Shown: positions 44,986 through 55,141 of the stretch, one piece after another
How positions within the stretch are numbered: position 1 is the stretch's first letter
Layout of the letters: each line of letters begins with the position of its first letter
DNA from: an uncultured Verrucomicrobiae bacterium
GTDB taxonomy: Bacteria > Verrucomicrobiota > Verrucomicrobiia > Chthoniobacterales > Chthoniobacteraceae
Length of the DNA: 64,000 nt
Reading direction: 5' to 3'
Assembly: GCA_963836755.1 (NCBI GenBank)
Contig: CAWIKF010000002.1
Coordinates: 1,440,001-1,504,000, forward strand
The notes under the pieces: model-generated
What the model saw: only the letters and a program-made list of their open reading frames with translations
What the model was told of the DNA's origin: nothing
Databases searched by the model: none
Translations under genes and position numbers: made by a program

Positions 44986-46707
44986 TCAGATCGCGGGAAC
45001 TTTCTGAAAATCGTCGATCGCATCGGCGAGCATGGTGAAGCGGTCGATGCGCCCAATCTTTTCCTCGATGCCTTCGATGCGAAGGATGTCTCGGACGCTC
45101 GAACGCGCTTCGACGAGACGCAAGACGATCCCGCGCTTGGCGATTTCCGCCTGCAGGTTCAGGAACATCCGCGCGCCCGCCATATCCATATTCGGCGAAG
45201 TCGAGAGATCGCCGATGACCAGACGCATCGTTTCACGCGCAGCGTCCAGCCGCGCGATCACGGCATCGAAGATGTGCTCGGCGTTAAAGTAGACGATCGG
45301 CGACTCGACTCGGAACGCGAGAACGCCAGCGATCGGTTCGTTCGACGAATGCCGCTCGAGATCGGAGTAACGCCGCGTGCCGGGGATGCGACCGAGAAAC
45401 GCGACGTGCGGCGCCGACGCCCGGCGGATCAGGCGCACCAGCGAAATAATCGCGCCAAGCATCACCCCTTGCAGCAGGCCGGCCCAGAGCACACCGGCGA
45501 GCGCGGCCATTGCCACCACAAATTCGCCCGTGTGATACTGCCATAGCCTTTTCAGCGCCTTCACTTTGACGAGGCTCGCCACCGCCATCAGCACCACGGC
45601 GGCGAGCACCGGCTGCGGCAGGTTGCGAAGCAGTTCGGTAAAAAAAAGCGCGACGATGAGCATGAGCCCGGTCGCGATTAGCCCGGACAGCGGCGTGCGC
45701 GCGCCGCCGCTTTCATTGACCAACGATTGCGACATGCCGCCGCTGATCGGGAATCCGTGACCCAGCCCGGATGCAAGGTTCGCAGCAGCGAGCCCGAGAA
45801 ACTCCCGGTTGCTGTCGATCCGGTAGCCGTGTTTCTCGGCAAACATTCGCCCGATCGCCGCCGTCTCAACCGCGCCGAGGAGGAAGCACGCAAGAGCCAA
45901 CGGCATCAGCTCGCGGACGGCCTGAGAGTTGACGGCCGGGAGCGACGGGATTGGCAGGCCCCTTGGCACCGGACCCAAAAGTTTCACCCCTTGCGCGCCA
46001 AAGTCGATGAACGATGCCGCTGCGATTCCGCCGATGACGACGAAGAGCGCGACCGGTTTGTTCGGCAGCAGTTTCTTGCCGAGAATCAGCACCGCGAGCG
46101 CGGCGCCGCCGAGCAGGAGCGACGTGCGGTTCGTCTCGCCGATGTGCTGGAGGAAAATTTGAATCCGTTCCCAGAAATCTCCGTGCCCGCCTTTCACGCC
46201 AAAGAGCTTCGGCAATTGCGTGCTCGCGAGGTGCAGCGCGACGCCCGCTTTGAAGCCGAGCATCACGCTTTCCGAGATGAAATTCACCGCCGAGCCCGCG
46301 CGCGCCAGCCACGCAAGAAACGCGATCGCTGCCACCAGCATCGCGGTGCAAGCCGCAAGAGCTGAGTAGCGCCCCGGATCGCCATGCGCCATGCCTCCGA
46401 TCGACGAGCCGATGAGGAGCGAGATCGCCGATGTGACCGTGATCGCCGTTTGCCGCGAACTGCAAAAGAGCCACCAGACAAGCCCGCCGAAAAGACACGC
46501 GTAGATTCCCGCCTGGGGCGGCAACCCGGCCAGCGACGCATCACCGAGCGCTGCCGGCAGCAGATACGCCGCGAGCGTCACGCCCGCCGCGAGGTCCGGT
46601 CGAAAGGATTGGCAATCGTAGCTCGGCAGCCAACGCGCCGCAAAAATCATCCCGCGCCACCGGCTCGGGACTGCAGCCGTGTCAGCGTTGGCAGCGATCG
46701 CGGTCAT
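44986..46707 (-). CDS. SulP-family anion transporter with STAS domain
   Basis: DLAAGVTLA, many TM helices, C-terminal STAS (YFNAE...DLS...D..G). Confidence 0.93.
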   Translation of the reverse strand: MTAIAANADTAAVPSRWRGMIFAARWLPSYDCQSFRPDLAAGVTLAAYLLPAALGDASLAGLPPQAGIYACLFGGLVWWLFCSSRQTAITVTSAISLLIGSSIGGMAHGDPGRYSALAACTAMLVAAIAFLAWLARAGSAVNFISESVMLGFKAGVALHLASTQLPKLFGVKGGHGDFWERIQIFLQHIGETNRTSLLLGGAALAVLILGKKLLPNKPVALFVVIGGIAAASFIDFGAQGVKLLGPVPRGLPIPSLPAVNSQAVRELMPLALACFLLGAVETAAIGRMFAEKHGYRIDSNREFLGLAAANLASGLGHGFPISGGMSQSLVNESGGARTPLSGLIATGLMLIVALFFTELLRNLPQPVLAAVVLMAVASLVKVKALKRLWQYHTGEFVVAMAALAGVLWAGLLQGVMLGAIISLVRLIRRASAPHVAFLGRIPGTRRYSDLERHSSNEPIAGVLAFRVESPIVYFNAEHIFDAVIARLDAARETMRLVIGDLSTSPNMDMAGARMFLNLQAEIAKRGIVLRLVEARSSVRDILRIEGIEEKIGRIDRFTMLADAIDDFQKVPAI

Positions 46708-46782
46708 GTTCTTTGTCGCCGGGATCGATGTCGGTGGATTTCATCGTGTGGCGACTCCGGGCTCTTGCGAAAACGCGCGACG

Positions 46783-46980
46783 CTATTTGCCTTCCATGAA
46801 TGCCCGGAGTTCCTCGTCCTTATCCTTGGTCAGCGAAGTCTGGAGAACTTTGCCTTTGCCGGCAAAGGGCTTGAGCGCTTCGAGCACTTTGTCGGGCGTC
46901 GATTTGCGCACGAGGACGAAGAGCGCGGAGGTGCCGGTCCGCGTCGCGCCGAGGTCTTTCATGACGACGAGGTTGCTCAT
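46783..46980 (-). pseudogene. DUF1269-family gene with large internal deletion
   Basis: N-terminal MSNLVV fused directly to C-terminal MKDLGAT..GTSALFVLVRKSTPDKVL. Confidence 0.65.
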
Positions 46981-47014
46981 GCCGCAATCATGCAAATCCG
47001 TGCGCGGCCGGGGT

Positions 47015-47032
47015 ATCGGACCTAGGTCTTAC
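47015..47032. promoter_or_regulatory. 18-bp palindromic box 2
   Basis: ATCGGAC-CTAG-GTCTTAC. Confidence 0.75.
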
Positions 47033-47075
47033 GCCACAAGCTGTTGGTTTTCTCGGTCAGCTTGCGGGCGACGGT

Positions 47076-47891
47076 TCAATACTTTTCCGGCACAAACTTT
47101 CTTCCCTTCAGCGCGGCCGCGTCGTCGTATGCGCCTTTCTTCGAGCGGTCGGGGAGTTTGATCTTTTCGCGCGGGACTTTCTTGTGAGGGATGAGGCTGA
47201 GGATGTGCGCGAGGCAGTTCAGGCGCGCGCGTTTCTTGTCGTCGGAACGCAGGATGTGCCAGGGCGCATGCTTCGTGTCGGTGGCGTCGAGCATCAGGTC
47301 GCGGGCGCGCGAATACTCATACCACTTGCTCCGCGAAGGAAGATCCATCGGGCTGAGTTTCCACTGGCGGAGCGGATCGTCGATGCGCGCCTCGAAGCGG
47401 CGCTTCTGTTCCTCGTCGCTGGAATCGAGCCAGATTTTGATGAGCTGGATCCCGTTCTCGACCACGAATTTTTCCACATCGGGACAGATCTCGAGGAAGC
47501 GCTTGTGCTGCTCCTTCGTGCAGAAGCCCATCACATACTCGACGCCCGCGCGGTTATACCAACTGCGGTCGAAAATTACGATCTCCCCCGCCGCCGGAAA
47601 ATGCGCCATGTAACGCTGCAAATACATCTGCGACTTCTCGCGCTCGGATGGCGCCGGCAGCGCGACGGTGCGAAACACGCGTGGGCTGACCCGCTCGGTA
47701 AGGGCGCGAATGGTGCCGCCTTTGCCCGCCGCGTCGCGGCCCTCGAAGACGATGATCACGCGGAGACCCTTGTGTTTTACCCACTCCTGGAGGTGGCAGA
47801 GCTCGCCCTGGAGCTTGCGCAGTTCCTTCATGTATTCCTTCGACTTTAGTTTTTCGGATTTTGCGTCGTGGGTTTTGTCATTCTTGCTCAT
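47076..47891 (-). CDS. ppk2: Polyphosphate kinase 2
   Basis: FEGRDAAGKGG, FDRSWYNRAGVE, WKLSPMD. Confidence 0.96.
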   Translation of the reverse strand: MSKNDKTHDAKSEKLKSKEYMKELRKLQGELCHLQEWVKHKGLRVIIVFEGRDAAGKGGTIRALTERVSPRVFRTVALPAPSEREKSQMYLQRYMAHFPAAGEIVIFDRSWYNRAGVEYVMGFCTKEQHKRFLEICPDVEKFVVENGIQLIKIWLDSSDEEQKRRFEARIDDPLRQWKLSPMDLPSRSKWYEYSRARDLMLDATDTKHAPWHILRSDDKKRARLNCLAHILSLIPHKKVPREKIKLPDRSKKGAYDDAAALKGRKFVPEKY

Positions 47892-48012
47892 GATTTTCTT
47901 GCGCGGCGAGATTTGGACGGTTGTCAGGCTTCGAAAAGGGCGGTCGTTCGGCCACTTGGCTGGAACTGCTGACACCCGTTCTCAGTTTCCCCGCAGTGGA
48001 CCGGCTGCGGCT

Positions 48013-48030
48013 ATCGGACCTTGGTCTTAC
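48013..48030. promoter_or_regulatory. 18-bp palindromic box 3
   Basis: ATCGGAC-CTTG-GTCTTAC. Confidence 0.75.
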
Positions 48031-48102
48031 CCGTGCAGGGGAACGGCTTACGTGCCGACGTTTCCGCGGCAGCGCGCTTTTTCACTTGGTGCGATTTTTA
48101 AC

Positions 48103-48550
48103 CTACGGCAGCCGGCCGCCGCAACGGCTACAGAAGCGCGCATCGCGGTCGCCTTCGGGGTCGTGGCACTCGGCGCAAATCCACCTTTCTTTGCTCAGCA
48201 CCGTCTGACGCAATTCCATCGAAAGATCCCGGTCGGCACCGCGATGATCCCGTAGCCCATGATCATGATAAAGCAGGCGAGAATGCGACCGGGCACCGTG
48301 TGCGGAGTCACGTCGCTGTAGCCGACGGTCGTGAGGGTGACGATCGCCCAAAGACGCCGCGTGGGATGCTATCAAAACCATTCTCGGCGCCTTCCACCAG
48401 ATACATCTAGGACCACCGCGAGGATGAATGAGAGGAAGATCGCGATCTTGCGCCGGCTGGCATAGAGCAGGCAAATGTCGAACAACTTCCCTCCGCGCGT
48501 CCCGCTCTCGAAGATGATGAGGTAAAGGCGACGCTTCTAAGCGGGCTGAT
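48103..48550 (-). pseudogene. Ion (K+-type) channel remnant
   Basis: Frameshifted fragments [36 protein letters not shown] and a C-terminal CAECH...ARFCSRCG. Confidence 0.7.
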
Positions 48551-48599
48551 CGCTGCTTCGGCGATTTCGGGAAGACGGCATCTGCTATGGCTCCCGAGC

Positions 48600-48928
48600 G
48601 GTCGAACTGCATCGCGGCGATGAGCGTGCCGTAATTTGGAATAAAAAGTAACCATTCACCTCCTTCGGATTTTTCCGAATGATCCGCTCGGCAATTCGCA
48701 CTAAAAAATCGATCCCGCCCGCAACCTCCATCGCCGAGGCAGCCATGATCACAGTCAGCACAATGAGCAGCACCTCGCCGGGAATTGCCGCCGGCGCGAT
48801 GTCAAAGCCGACAACCAGCACGAGCAATCCCGCTGCGCCCCAGAGGCCAAGTCCCACACCGCCATGCATGCGCCCATTATGAGTGCGCCAAGGATCACTA
48901 GGAATTCCAGGATAAGTCTGATCTCCAT
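48600..48928 (-). pseudogene. Dcu-type anaerobic C4-dicarboxylate transporter 5' remnant
   Basis: LEFLVILGALIMGA / GGVGLGLWG...AASAMEVAGGIDFLVRIAERIIRKNPK; frameshifted and truncated. Confidence 0.7.
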
Positions 48929-49016
48929 CGGCGGGTGAATGATCCGCAAATCCGACGCCATACACCTTCCGTTGCCAAGTCCGCCGCACTGCCGCGCCGC
49001 ACCGAGAATCGGACGC

Positions 49017-50507
49017 TTACTTTGCCGGGCTGCCGGTGCCTTGAAAATCGCCGCCGAGCGCGAGGTGCAGGTTCACCCGTTCGCGCAGGCGCGAGGCGCG
49101 GATCTTGGTCAGCTCGATTTTGGCGGCAAGGTTCTCGCCAGCGTGGCGCAGGATCGTGAACATGTCGGCGTGGCCTTCGTCAAATTGCTGCCGACCAAAC
49201 TTCAAGGTGTCCGCGCTTGCGTCCACCATCTCGCCCAATGCGGCTTCGCGCTGGCGCAGATAGTAATCGTTCGACAGCGCGTCTTCCACGTCTCCAAACG
49301 CGCGCAGGGCAACGCCGACGTAACTGGCCGTCGCGGCTTTTTGCTCGGCGGTGCGGACATCCTGCGCGGCTTTCAGTTCGCCGCCGAAGAAAATCGGCTG
49401 GATCACTCCTGCAGCGAGGCTCCAGCTGACTGCGTCGATCACGCCCACAGTATCGAGCTGCGCGGTGCCCATGCCGGCGCTGGCGCTGATTGAGAACCGA
49501 GGCAACCGCGCCGCACGCGCCGCAGCCGTGCGATGAAATGCGGCACCGACGCGCTGCTCGGCGGCGAGGATGTCGGGTCGGCGTTCCAGAATTTGCGAGG
49601 GCAGCCCAGCGGGCACGGCTTTCGGCTGCGCGGGAAATGATCGGCGCACATCGAGTCGTCCCGCGGGATAGTTGCTTGTGACAATTTCGATCGCCCGAAT
49701 GGCCTGCGCGCGTGCGGCCTGCGCCGCGATGTAGGTGTCTTTCGCGCCGGCAGTGCGGGAGCGAATTTGTGAAACATCGTAGTCGCTCGCATGGCCTTGC
49801 TGTTTTTTCTTCTGAGTCAGGTCCGAAAAATCCTGGTAAAGTTCGAGAGTTTCGCGGGCGTTGGATTCCTGCTGCGCGGCTTCGATGACGGAAAAGTAGG
49901 CGCGCGCCACCGCCGCCGCGAGCGACTGCCTGGCGAACTCATAATCCTCGGCCAGCGCGACGCTTTCGGCGGCCGCTGCTGCTTTATTCGAGCGCACTCG
50001 CGCCCAGACATCGAGTTCCCAAGAGGCACCAATGCCAAGTCCATACACCCATCGCTGTGTGGAAGGGTCGAGGACGTTGCTCGTGTCGGAGGCGCCGCTG
50101 CTGAGGTCGACGCCGAGTCCGCCGAGGTCCGGTGGATCGATGCCGCCGCCGTGCGAGTCGGTAATCTCGCGGCCCTGACGTTCGCCGAGACCTTTCACAG
50201 CGATGCGCGGATACAGCGAAGACGCGGCGATTTTGATCGCATAGCGCGAAGCTTCCACGTGCGCGGCGGCAGCCTTGAGGTCAGGGTTGCGTGCGACCGC
50301 CTCAGCGACGAGCGCTGTCAGTTGCGGATCGTTGAAGGTGCGAATCCAGTTTGGGACAACGTCGCCCCTTTTGTGTGAGCTGGCCCAGCCGCCGGGAATT
50401 TTGCGCGCCGCGTCGGGTGCGATATCGGCGCCAGTCGGCGGTTTTTGAACGGCACAGCCGGTGACGAGCAGGACGAGAATCGCTCGCGGGAGAAAGGAAT
50501 GTTTCAT
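49017..50507 (-). CDS. Outer-membrane efflux lipoprotein (TolC/NodT family)
   Basis: VTGC lipobox, ASWELDVW, PSQILERRPDI, LALGG. Confidence 0.92.
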   Translation of the reverse strand: MKHSFLPRAILVLLVTGCAVQKPPTGADIAPDAARKIPGGWASSHKRGDVVPNWIRTFNDPQLTALVAEAVARNPDLKAAAAHVEASRYAIKIAASSLYPRIAVKGLGERQGREITDSHGGGIDPPDLGGLGVDLSSGASDTSNVLDPSTQRWVYGLGIGASWELDVWARVRSNKAAAAAESVALAEDYEFARQSLAAAVARAYFSVIEAAQQESNARETLELYQDFSDLTQKKKQQGHASDYDVSQIRSRTAGAKDTYIAAQAARAQAIRAIEIVTSNYPAGRLDVRRSFPAQPKAVPAGLPSQILERRPDILAAEQRVGAAFHRTAAARAARLPRFSISASAGMGTAQLDTVGVIDAVSWSLAAGVIQPIFFGGELKAAQDVRTAEQKAATASYVGVALRAFGDVEDALSNDYYLRQREAALGEMVDASADTLKFGRQQFDEGHADMFTILRHAGENLAAKIELTKIRASRLRERVNLHLALGGDFQGTGSPAK

Positions 50508-50519
50508 GCGAGACGCGGC

Positions 50520-51704
50520 TTAGTGAAGCTTGAAGACAAACCAGTCCATCTTCGTGGAAACACGGACGAACACCTTGCGGATGATGTGCAGGAGTTTCCC
50601 GTGTTCGGTGTAGATCGCGCCCGCTCCCACCGCGCCGGCGGCGAGAAAGAGTTCCCTGTCCTTTGGTTCAACGAGAAGCCGAACCGCGATTTCCTGATTG
50701 AGGCTGGCGCCCGGGGGGGTGGTTTGCAAATTGCCGCTGATCGGCAATTGACCCTGAGCGGTGGACCAAAGGATCGAGTCCACTTTGCATTTGATGATGC
50801 GCCCGGGATACATCTCGAGGAAAATTTCCGCTTCGTTGCCGGGCTCAACGTAGCGCAATTCGTTCTGATGGTAATAAGCGAGGATCCACGGGTCGTCCTC
50901 CTGGATAAAGCTCATCACGGGCATGGTCGCGAATTGAGTCGCGCGCACGCCGGGCTGGAGTGCGAGATTCGTAACACGACCATTGGCTGGCGCGAGATGA
51001 ACGCAGCCTTCGAGATTATATTTGTCACTGGCGAGGTCGGCTTCCGACTTCGCGATTGCTGCCCTGGCCTGAGCGACCTGGTCGAGCTCGCCAGCCTCAT
51101 TGCGTGCGCTGAGCTTCTGCTTTACTTCGGATTCCGTCGCGTCGGCCGCCAGATACTCGCTCTCCAGATTGCCGAGATCGGCCTGAGCTTGCTCGAGGTC
51201 CGCACGTTTGCCGGCGCCGCTCGCGGCAAGCGAGGTGAATTGCTCGACGCGCTTTTTCGCGAGGTCGAGCCGCGGCTCAAGCGCAGCCTTTTTTGCCGAT
51301 GCGTTCTTGAATTGATCCATCATCCCCCGCTCAAAGGCTTGGGCGGTGACGAGCGTGACCTTGTTCGACTCGAGCGTCGCCTCCGCCGCCTTCACCGCGG
51401 CCTCAAACGGAGTCGGATCAAGCTTGAAAAGCACGTCGCCTTTTTTGATCGGGCGGTTCGGCTCGATCGGCACTTCAGTGACCTGGCCGGTCACGCGCGG
51501 AACGATCGGCACGACATAATTCATCGCGCGGATGTCGTGCGAAGACGGCGCGACGATGTTCATCAAAAGGATGATGACCGCCAGCACGAAGATCGGGATG
51601 GTGACGACGATGACCTGACTGGTGATATTCCAAGGCAGCCACTTTTTCTTGAAAAAAATGAACCAGACGCAGACCGAATAAATGATGAGAAGGATGAGTT
51701 CCAT
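50520..51704 (-). CDS. HlyD-family membrane fusion protein
   Basis: PRVTGQV...KKGDVLFKLDP...APANGRV. Confidence 0.92.
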   Translation of the reverse strand: MELILLIIYSVCVWFIFFKKKWLPWNITSQVIVVTIPIFVLAVIILLMNIVAPSSHDIRAMNYVVPIVPRVTGQVTEVPIEPNRPIKKGDVLFKLDPTPFEAAVKAAEATLESNKVTLVTAQAFERGMMDQFKNASAKKAALEPRLDLAKKRVEQFTSLAASGAGKRADLEQAQADLGNLESEYLAADATESEVKQKLSARNEAGELDQVAQARAAIAKSEADLASDKYNLEGCVHLAPANGRVTNLALQPGVRATQFATMPVMSFIQEDDPWILAYYHQNELRYVEPGNEAEIFLEMYPGRIIKCKVDSILWSTAQGQLPISGNLQTTPPGASLNQEIAVRLLVEPKDRELFLAAGAVGAGAIYTEHGKLLHIIRKVFVRVSTKMDWFVFKLH

Positions 51705-52145
51705 TTACGCCTTTTCTCCTTTGCCCTGCTCGATTTCTGACGCTGGCTTTTCGGCACCGTGATTGCCGATCGATTCATCGACGTCGGTGCCGTAGGCCAT
51801 CTTGTGCAGCACCGGTTTCGTGTAGGTCCAGAGCCATGCGATCGGCCACAGCAGACCGCCGAAACAAAGCGAGAGCAGGCATAAACACTGGATCGCGTGC
51901 GTCTGCGGGTGCTTTTTCTTCTCGGCAATTTTTTCGGGCAGGATGTGGACGAGCCAGAAAACAGTGATGCCAATGATCGGCGCGATGATTAGCACGACCC
52001 ACGAGATTGCGTTGGCGATTGCGTCGAGGGTTTCGCCGTGGAAAAGCGAGGCGTGCGCATGCGTCGGCGCGGCGACGAGCAACGCGAGCACGGCAGGCGC
52101 GACGATTCGCGCAGATCGTCGCGTATGGATTGGATTCGGCTTCAT
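51705..52145 (-). CDS. DUF3302 membrane protein
   Basis: VHILPEKIAEKKKHPQ...LWPIAWLW. Confidence 0.85.
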   Translation of the reverse strand: MKPNPIHTRRSARIVAPAVLALLVAAPTHAHASLFHGETLDAIANAISWVVLIIAPIIGITVFWLVHILPEKIAEKKKHPQTHAIQCLCLLSLCFGGLLWPIAWLWTYTKPVLHKMAYGTDVDESIGNHGAEKPASEIEQGKGEKA

Positions 52146-52325
52146 AGGGCTTTTGAAAACAGAGGCAGCGGATGACGCGGGCGACGTGAACTTTGATCCG
52201 CGATGAATGCGAATGTTAGAAATTTACGGGCGTGGCTGGATTTTGAGATCGAGCTCCAGAATTTTGGCGGATTGAGCATCGCGGATTTGGAGCCAAAAGG
52301 TTCGTAGACGGAGGTGGCGTCGGCT

Positions 52326-52343
52326 ATCGGACTTAAGTCCTAC
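52326..52343. promoter_or_regulatory. 18-bp palindromic box 4
   Basis: ATCGGAC-TTAA-GTCCTAC. Confidence 0.75.
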
Positions 52344-52361
52344 AATCCGGCTGGCACAGCA

Positions 52362-53297
52362 TCATGACGCCTTTTTCACCGCGAGCGTCGCCTCGGTCAT
52401 CCGGAGCGCGCTGAGTTCGCTCACGAAAGTGTTGAAGCGCTGAAAGAGAGTCGTGAAATCGCGGTTCAGTTCGTTGATCGATTTTTTCATCGCTTGATCC
52501 AGATCCATCGCTTCCTTGAGCGCGACCTCGCGAGAATCCGCTTCCGCCGCGCGCAACACCTCTTGCTTCTGCTGGCGCCGTTCGGCGATGAGAGCGTCGT
52601 TTTTCGCGATGTCCGCTGCGCGCTGTTTTTGACGGGCAGGATCGCTGGTGGCCGCATGCTGCGCGCGCAATTCGCGGCCCATCCGATCGAGCCGCGCGAT
52701 GCTCGCGTCGAGTTGCTTGAGGAGCGTGGCGCGCTGGGTATTGCCGTGCGAGGTGAGGCGGCGATTGTGTTCGAAATCCTCGTTGCGCTGGTATTCGGTG
52801 CCGGACCAGCCGCCGCCCGTGGCGGTGTAGCGTTCGTAGTCCTTGTGCGACGGCATCGACTTGTTCAACGCAATAATTTGATCGATCCGCTTTTCGATCC
52901 GTTGATCGAAGACGGCGACGAGCTTGTGCTTGTCGTCCGCGGTGAGCGCGCTGTGCGGATTCAGCAGTTCCTGACGAAAAACGCGCCGCTTCTTGTCGTA
53001 GTATTCGATCGTCTTCGCGAGGCGTTTCATCGTCTCCTCTTTCATCCTGGCAACCTTCGTGCGCGAATTTTTTGAGTCGGTAATCGCGCTCAGCGCTTGG
53101 ATAATGTCGTCCATCCTTGCTTCGATGTCCGCGTCGGTTTGTTTCATCTCGTCGCGCAGTAGATCGACTCGTTGCTGACGGACGTCGATCAAGGACTTGA
53201 GCTGGCCGGCAGCCGGTTCGGCGCTTTGTGCGAACAAATTTGCAGCGGCGCCGACGGCGAGGCTGAACGAAAGAACGCGAAGGAAGGGAATGGACAT
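52362..53297 (-). CDS. Exported coiled-coil protein
   Basis: Signal peptide; helical/heptad composition. Confidence 0.75.
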   Translation of the reverse strand: MSIPFLRVLSFSLAVGAAANLFAQSAEPAAGQLKSLIDVRQQRVDLLRDEMKQTDADIEARMDDIIQALSAITDSKNSRTKVARMKEETMKRLAKTIEYYDKKRRVFRQELLNPHSALTADDKHKLVAVFDQRIEKRIDQIIALNKSMPSHKDYERYTATGGGWSGTEYQRNEDFEHNRRLTSHGNTQRATLLKQLDASIARLDRMGRELRAQHAATSDPARQKQRAADIAKNDALIAERRQQKQEVLRAAEADSREVALKEAMDLDQAMKKSINELNRDFTTLFQRFNTFVSELSALRMTEATLAVKKAS

Positions 53298-53333
53298 CGC
53301 GAGAGGCTAGGGACTCGCGGGTGCGGAAGAAAA

Positions 53334-53351
53334 GTGGGACTTTGGTCCTAT
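53334..53351. promoter_or_regulatory. 18-bp palindromic box 5
   Basis: GTGGGAC-TTTG-GTCCTAT. Confidence 0.75.
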
Positions 53352-53378
53352 TGCGCAGCCCGAATGCTGCGACCGGAT

Positions 53379-54032
53379 TTAGCGGGAACGGCTTACAACA
53401 ACGTGCAACACCGGCTTCACTCCAGCCACCTGCGTAGCGCGCACGAGATCGGCTACGGATGTCACGCCCATCTTTTCCATCACGCGACCGCGATGAACTT
53501 TCACGGTTTTTTCCGCGGAGTTCAACTCATCGGCGATCTGCTTGTTCAGCATTCCGCCGATCACGCGCTGCATCACCGCAAATTCACGCGGCGTCAGCGC
53601 ATCGATCCGCGCCCGCGCGGCGGCACGTTCGTCGAGACGCTGGCGAATCGCCGCGGATCGCGCAAGCGCCCGCGACACCGCGTGGAGCAGGATTTCATCA
53701 TCCACCGGCTTGGTTAAAAAATCGACCGCGCCGGCTTTCATCGCATCGGCGCACGTCGGCACATCACCGTAGCCAGTGAGAAAAACAATCTGCGTTTCGC
53801 GCGCGGCGAGCGTCCCCTGCAGTTCGAGGCCATCGACGCCTGGCATTCGCAAATCGAGCACCAGACAGGACGGGCCATTGTGCACGGCGCGTTCGAGGAA
53901 AGCGGTTGCCGAAGAAAATGTCTCAGCTTGCACCCGAGCCGAACGAAAAAGCCGTGCGAGGCTGCGGAGGACGGATGTGTCATCGTCCACGATGCAAACC
54001 AGCGCATCCAGCGGCACTTCCGGCGGACGCAT
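53379..54032 (-). CDS. FixJ/NarL-family response regulator (REC + LuxR HTH)
   Basis: IVDDD, LDLRMP, FLTKP, LTPRE...NKQIA...TVKVHR. Confidence 0.95.
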   Translation of the reverse strand: MRPPEVPLDALVCIVDDDTSVLRSLARLFRSARVQAETFSSATAFLERAVHNGPSCLVLDLRMPGVDGLELQGTLAARETQIVFLTGYGDVPTCADAMKAGAVDFLTKPVDDEILLHAVSRALARSAAIRQRLDERAAARARIDALTPREFAVMQRVIGGMLNKQIADELNSAEKTVKVHRGRVMEKMGVTSVADLVRATQVAGVKPVLHVVVSRSR

Positions 54033-54167
54033 TTTCAAAGGTTTTTCCGACACGGCGTTCAGATGCTCTAATCCTGCTACGGAACGCGGAGACGTCAAGA
54101 CTTCTGCCCAGAGTGAAGTGTTACATTTGTGTGTCAGCTTTCCACGGTGGCGGTTGCATCCAGCCGT

Positions 54168-54185
54168 ATAGGACATTGGTCTTAT
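54168..54185. promoter_or_regulatory. 18-bp palindromic box 6
   Basis: ATAGGAC-ATTG-GTCTTAT, between the divergent regulator gene and the gene at 54243. Confidence 0.75.
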
Positions 54186-54242
54186 GGACGCCTCGGCGCG
54201 GGAGGCGCACTTTTTCCTCTTCTCATACAACTCGTGGCTCGC

Positions 54243-55139
54243 ATGAAAACACTCCTCCTCGCTTCCTCGTTGATCGTTGTCTTCACCGGTCTTTGCATCG
54301 CTCAAACGCCGGACACATCTCCGGAAAAAGCCACCATGCAGGCGAACGATCGCGCGTATGAAGCGGCCTACGCAAAATCCGATGTGAAAGCGCTCGGGGA
54401 CTTTTTTGCCGAAGATGCCGACTACACGACCAGCGAAGGCCGCTCATTCACGGGACGAGAAGCAATAACCGCGGCGATAAAGTCTGGTCTCGTCGCAAAC
54501 CGCGGCTCGACAATCGCCATCACCACCGATTCCGTCCGCACACTCGCGCCCGATACCATCGTGCAAAAAGGCTCTACGACGGTGACGTCAAAAAACGGTG
54601 AAAGCAGCAGCGAACTTTTCACCGCCATTCAGGTAAAAAAAGACGGCAAGTGGAAGATCAGCCAGCTCATCGAATCGCCCATGCCGAATGCGACTCCGGC
54701 CGACCATCTCGCCGAACTCTCTTGGCTCGTCGGTGAATGGGAGGATAGCGATAAGACCGACGACATGACTGTCCGGAGCCAGTATTCTTGGGCGCGTGGC
54801 GGCAATTTTCTCGCCCGCAGCATCACAGTGCGGCGTGCCGGCGTCGTCACTCTCGAAGGCTGGCAGATTATCGGCTGGGATCCGGTCGAAGCGCGTCTGC
54901 GCTCGTGGACCTTTGACGGCGAGGGTGGTTTTTCCGGAGGATACTTCACCCGTGACGGTAACCGCTGGCTCCTCCGCGAAACCGGCGTCGCTCCCGACGG
55001 CAGTCGCACCAGCTCCGACAACACCTTTACGAAGATCAGCAACGACCGTCTGACGTGGGAATCGAACAACCGCACGCTGGACGGCGACCCGCAGCCGAGC
55101 ATCGGGAAGATTGAAATCAATCGCGTGAAAGGACGCTAA
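54243..55139 (+). CDS. Exported NTF2/SnoaL-like (DUF4440) protein
   Basis: Signal peptide; FAEDADY...GREAI...VKKDGKWKI; second domain LSWLVGEW. Confidence 0.8.
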   Translation: MKTLLLASSLIVVFTGLCIAQTPDTSPEKATMQANDRAYEAAYAKSDVKALGDFFAEDADYTTSEGRSFTGREAITAAIKSGLVANRGSTIAITTDSVRTLAPDTIVQKGSTTVTSKNGESSSELFTAIQVKKDGKWKISQLIESPMPNATPADHLAELSWLVGEWEDSDKTDDMTVRSQYSWARGGNFLARSITVRRAGVVTLEGWQIIGWDPVEARLRSWTFDGEGGFSGGYFTRDGNRWLLRETGVAPDGSRTSSDNTFTKISNDRLTWESNNRTLDGDPQPSIGKIEINRVKGR

Positions 55140-55141
55140 CT

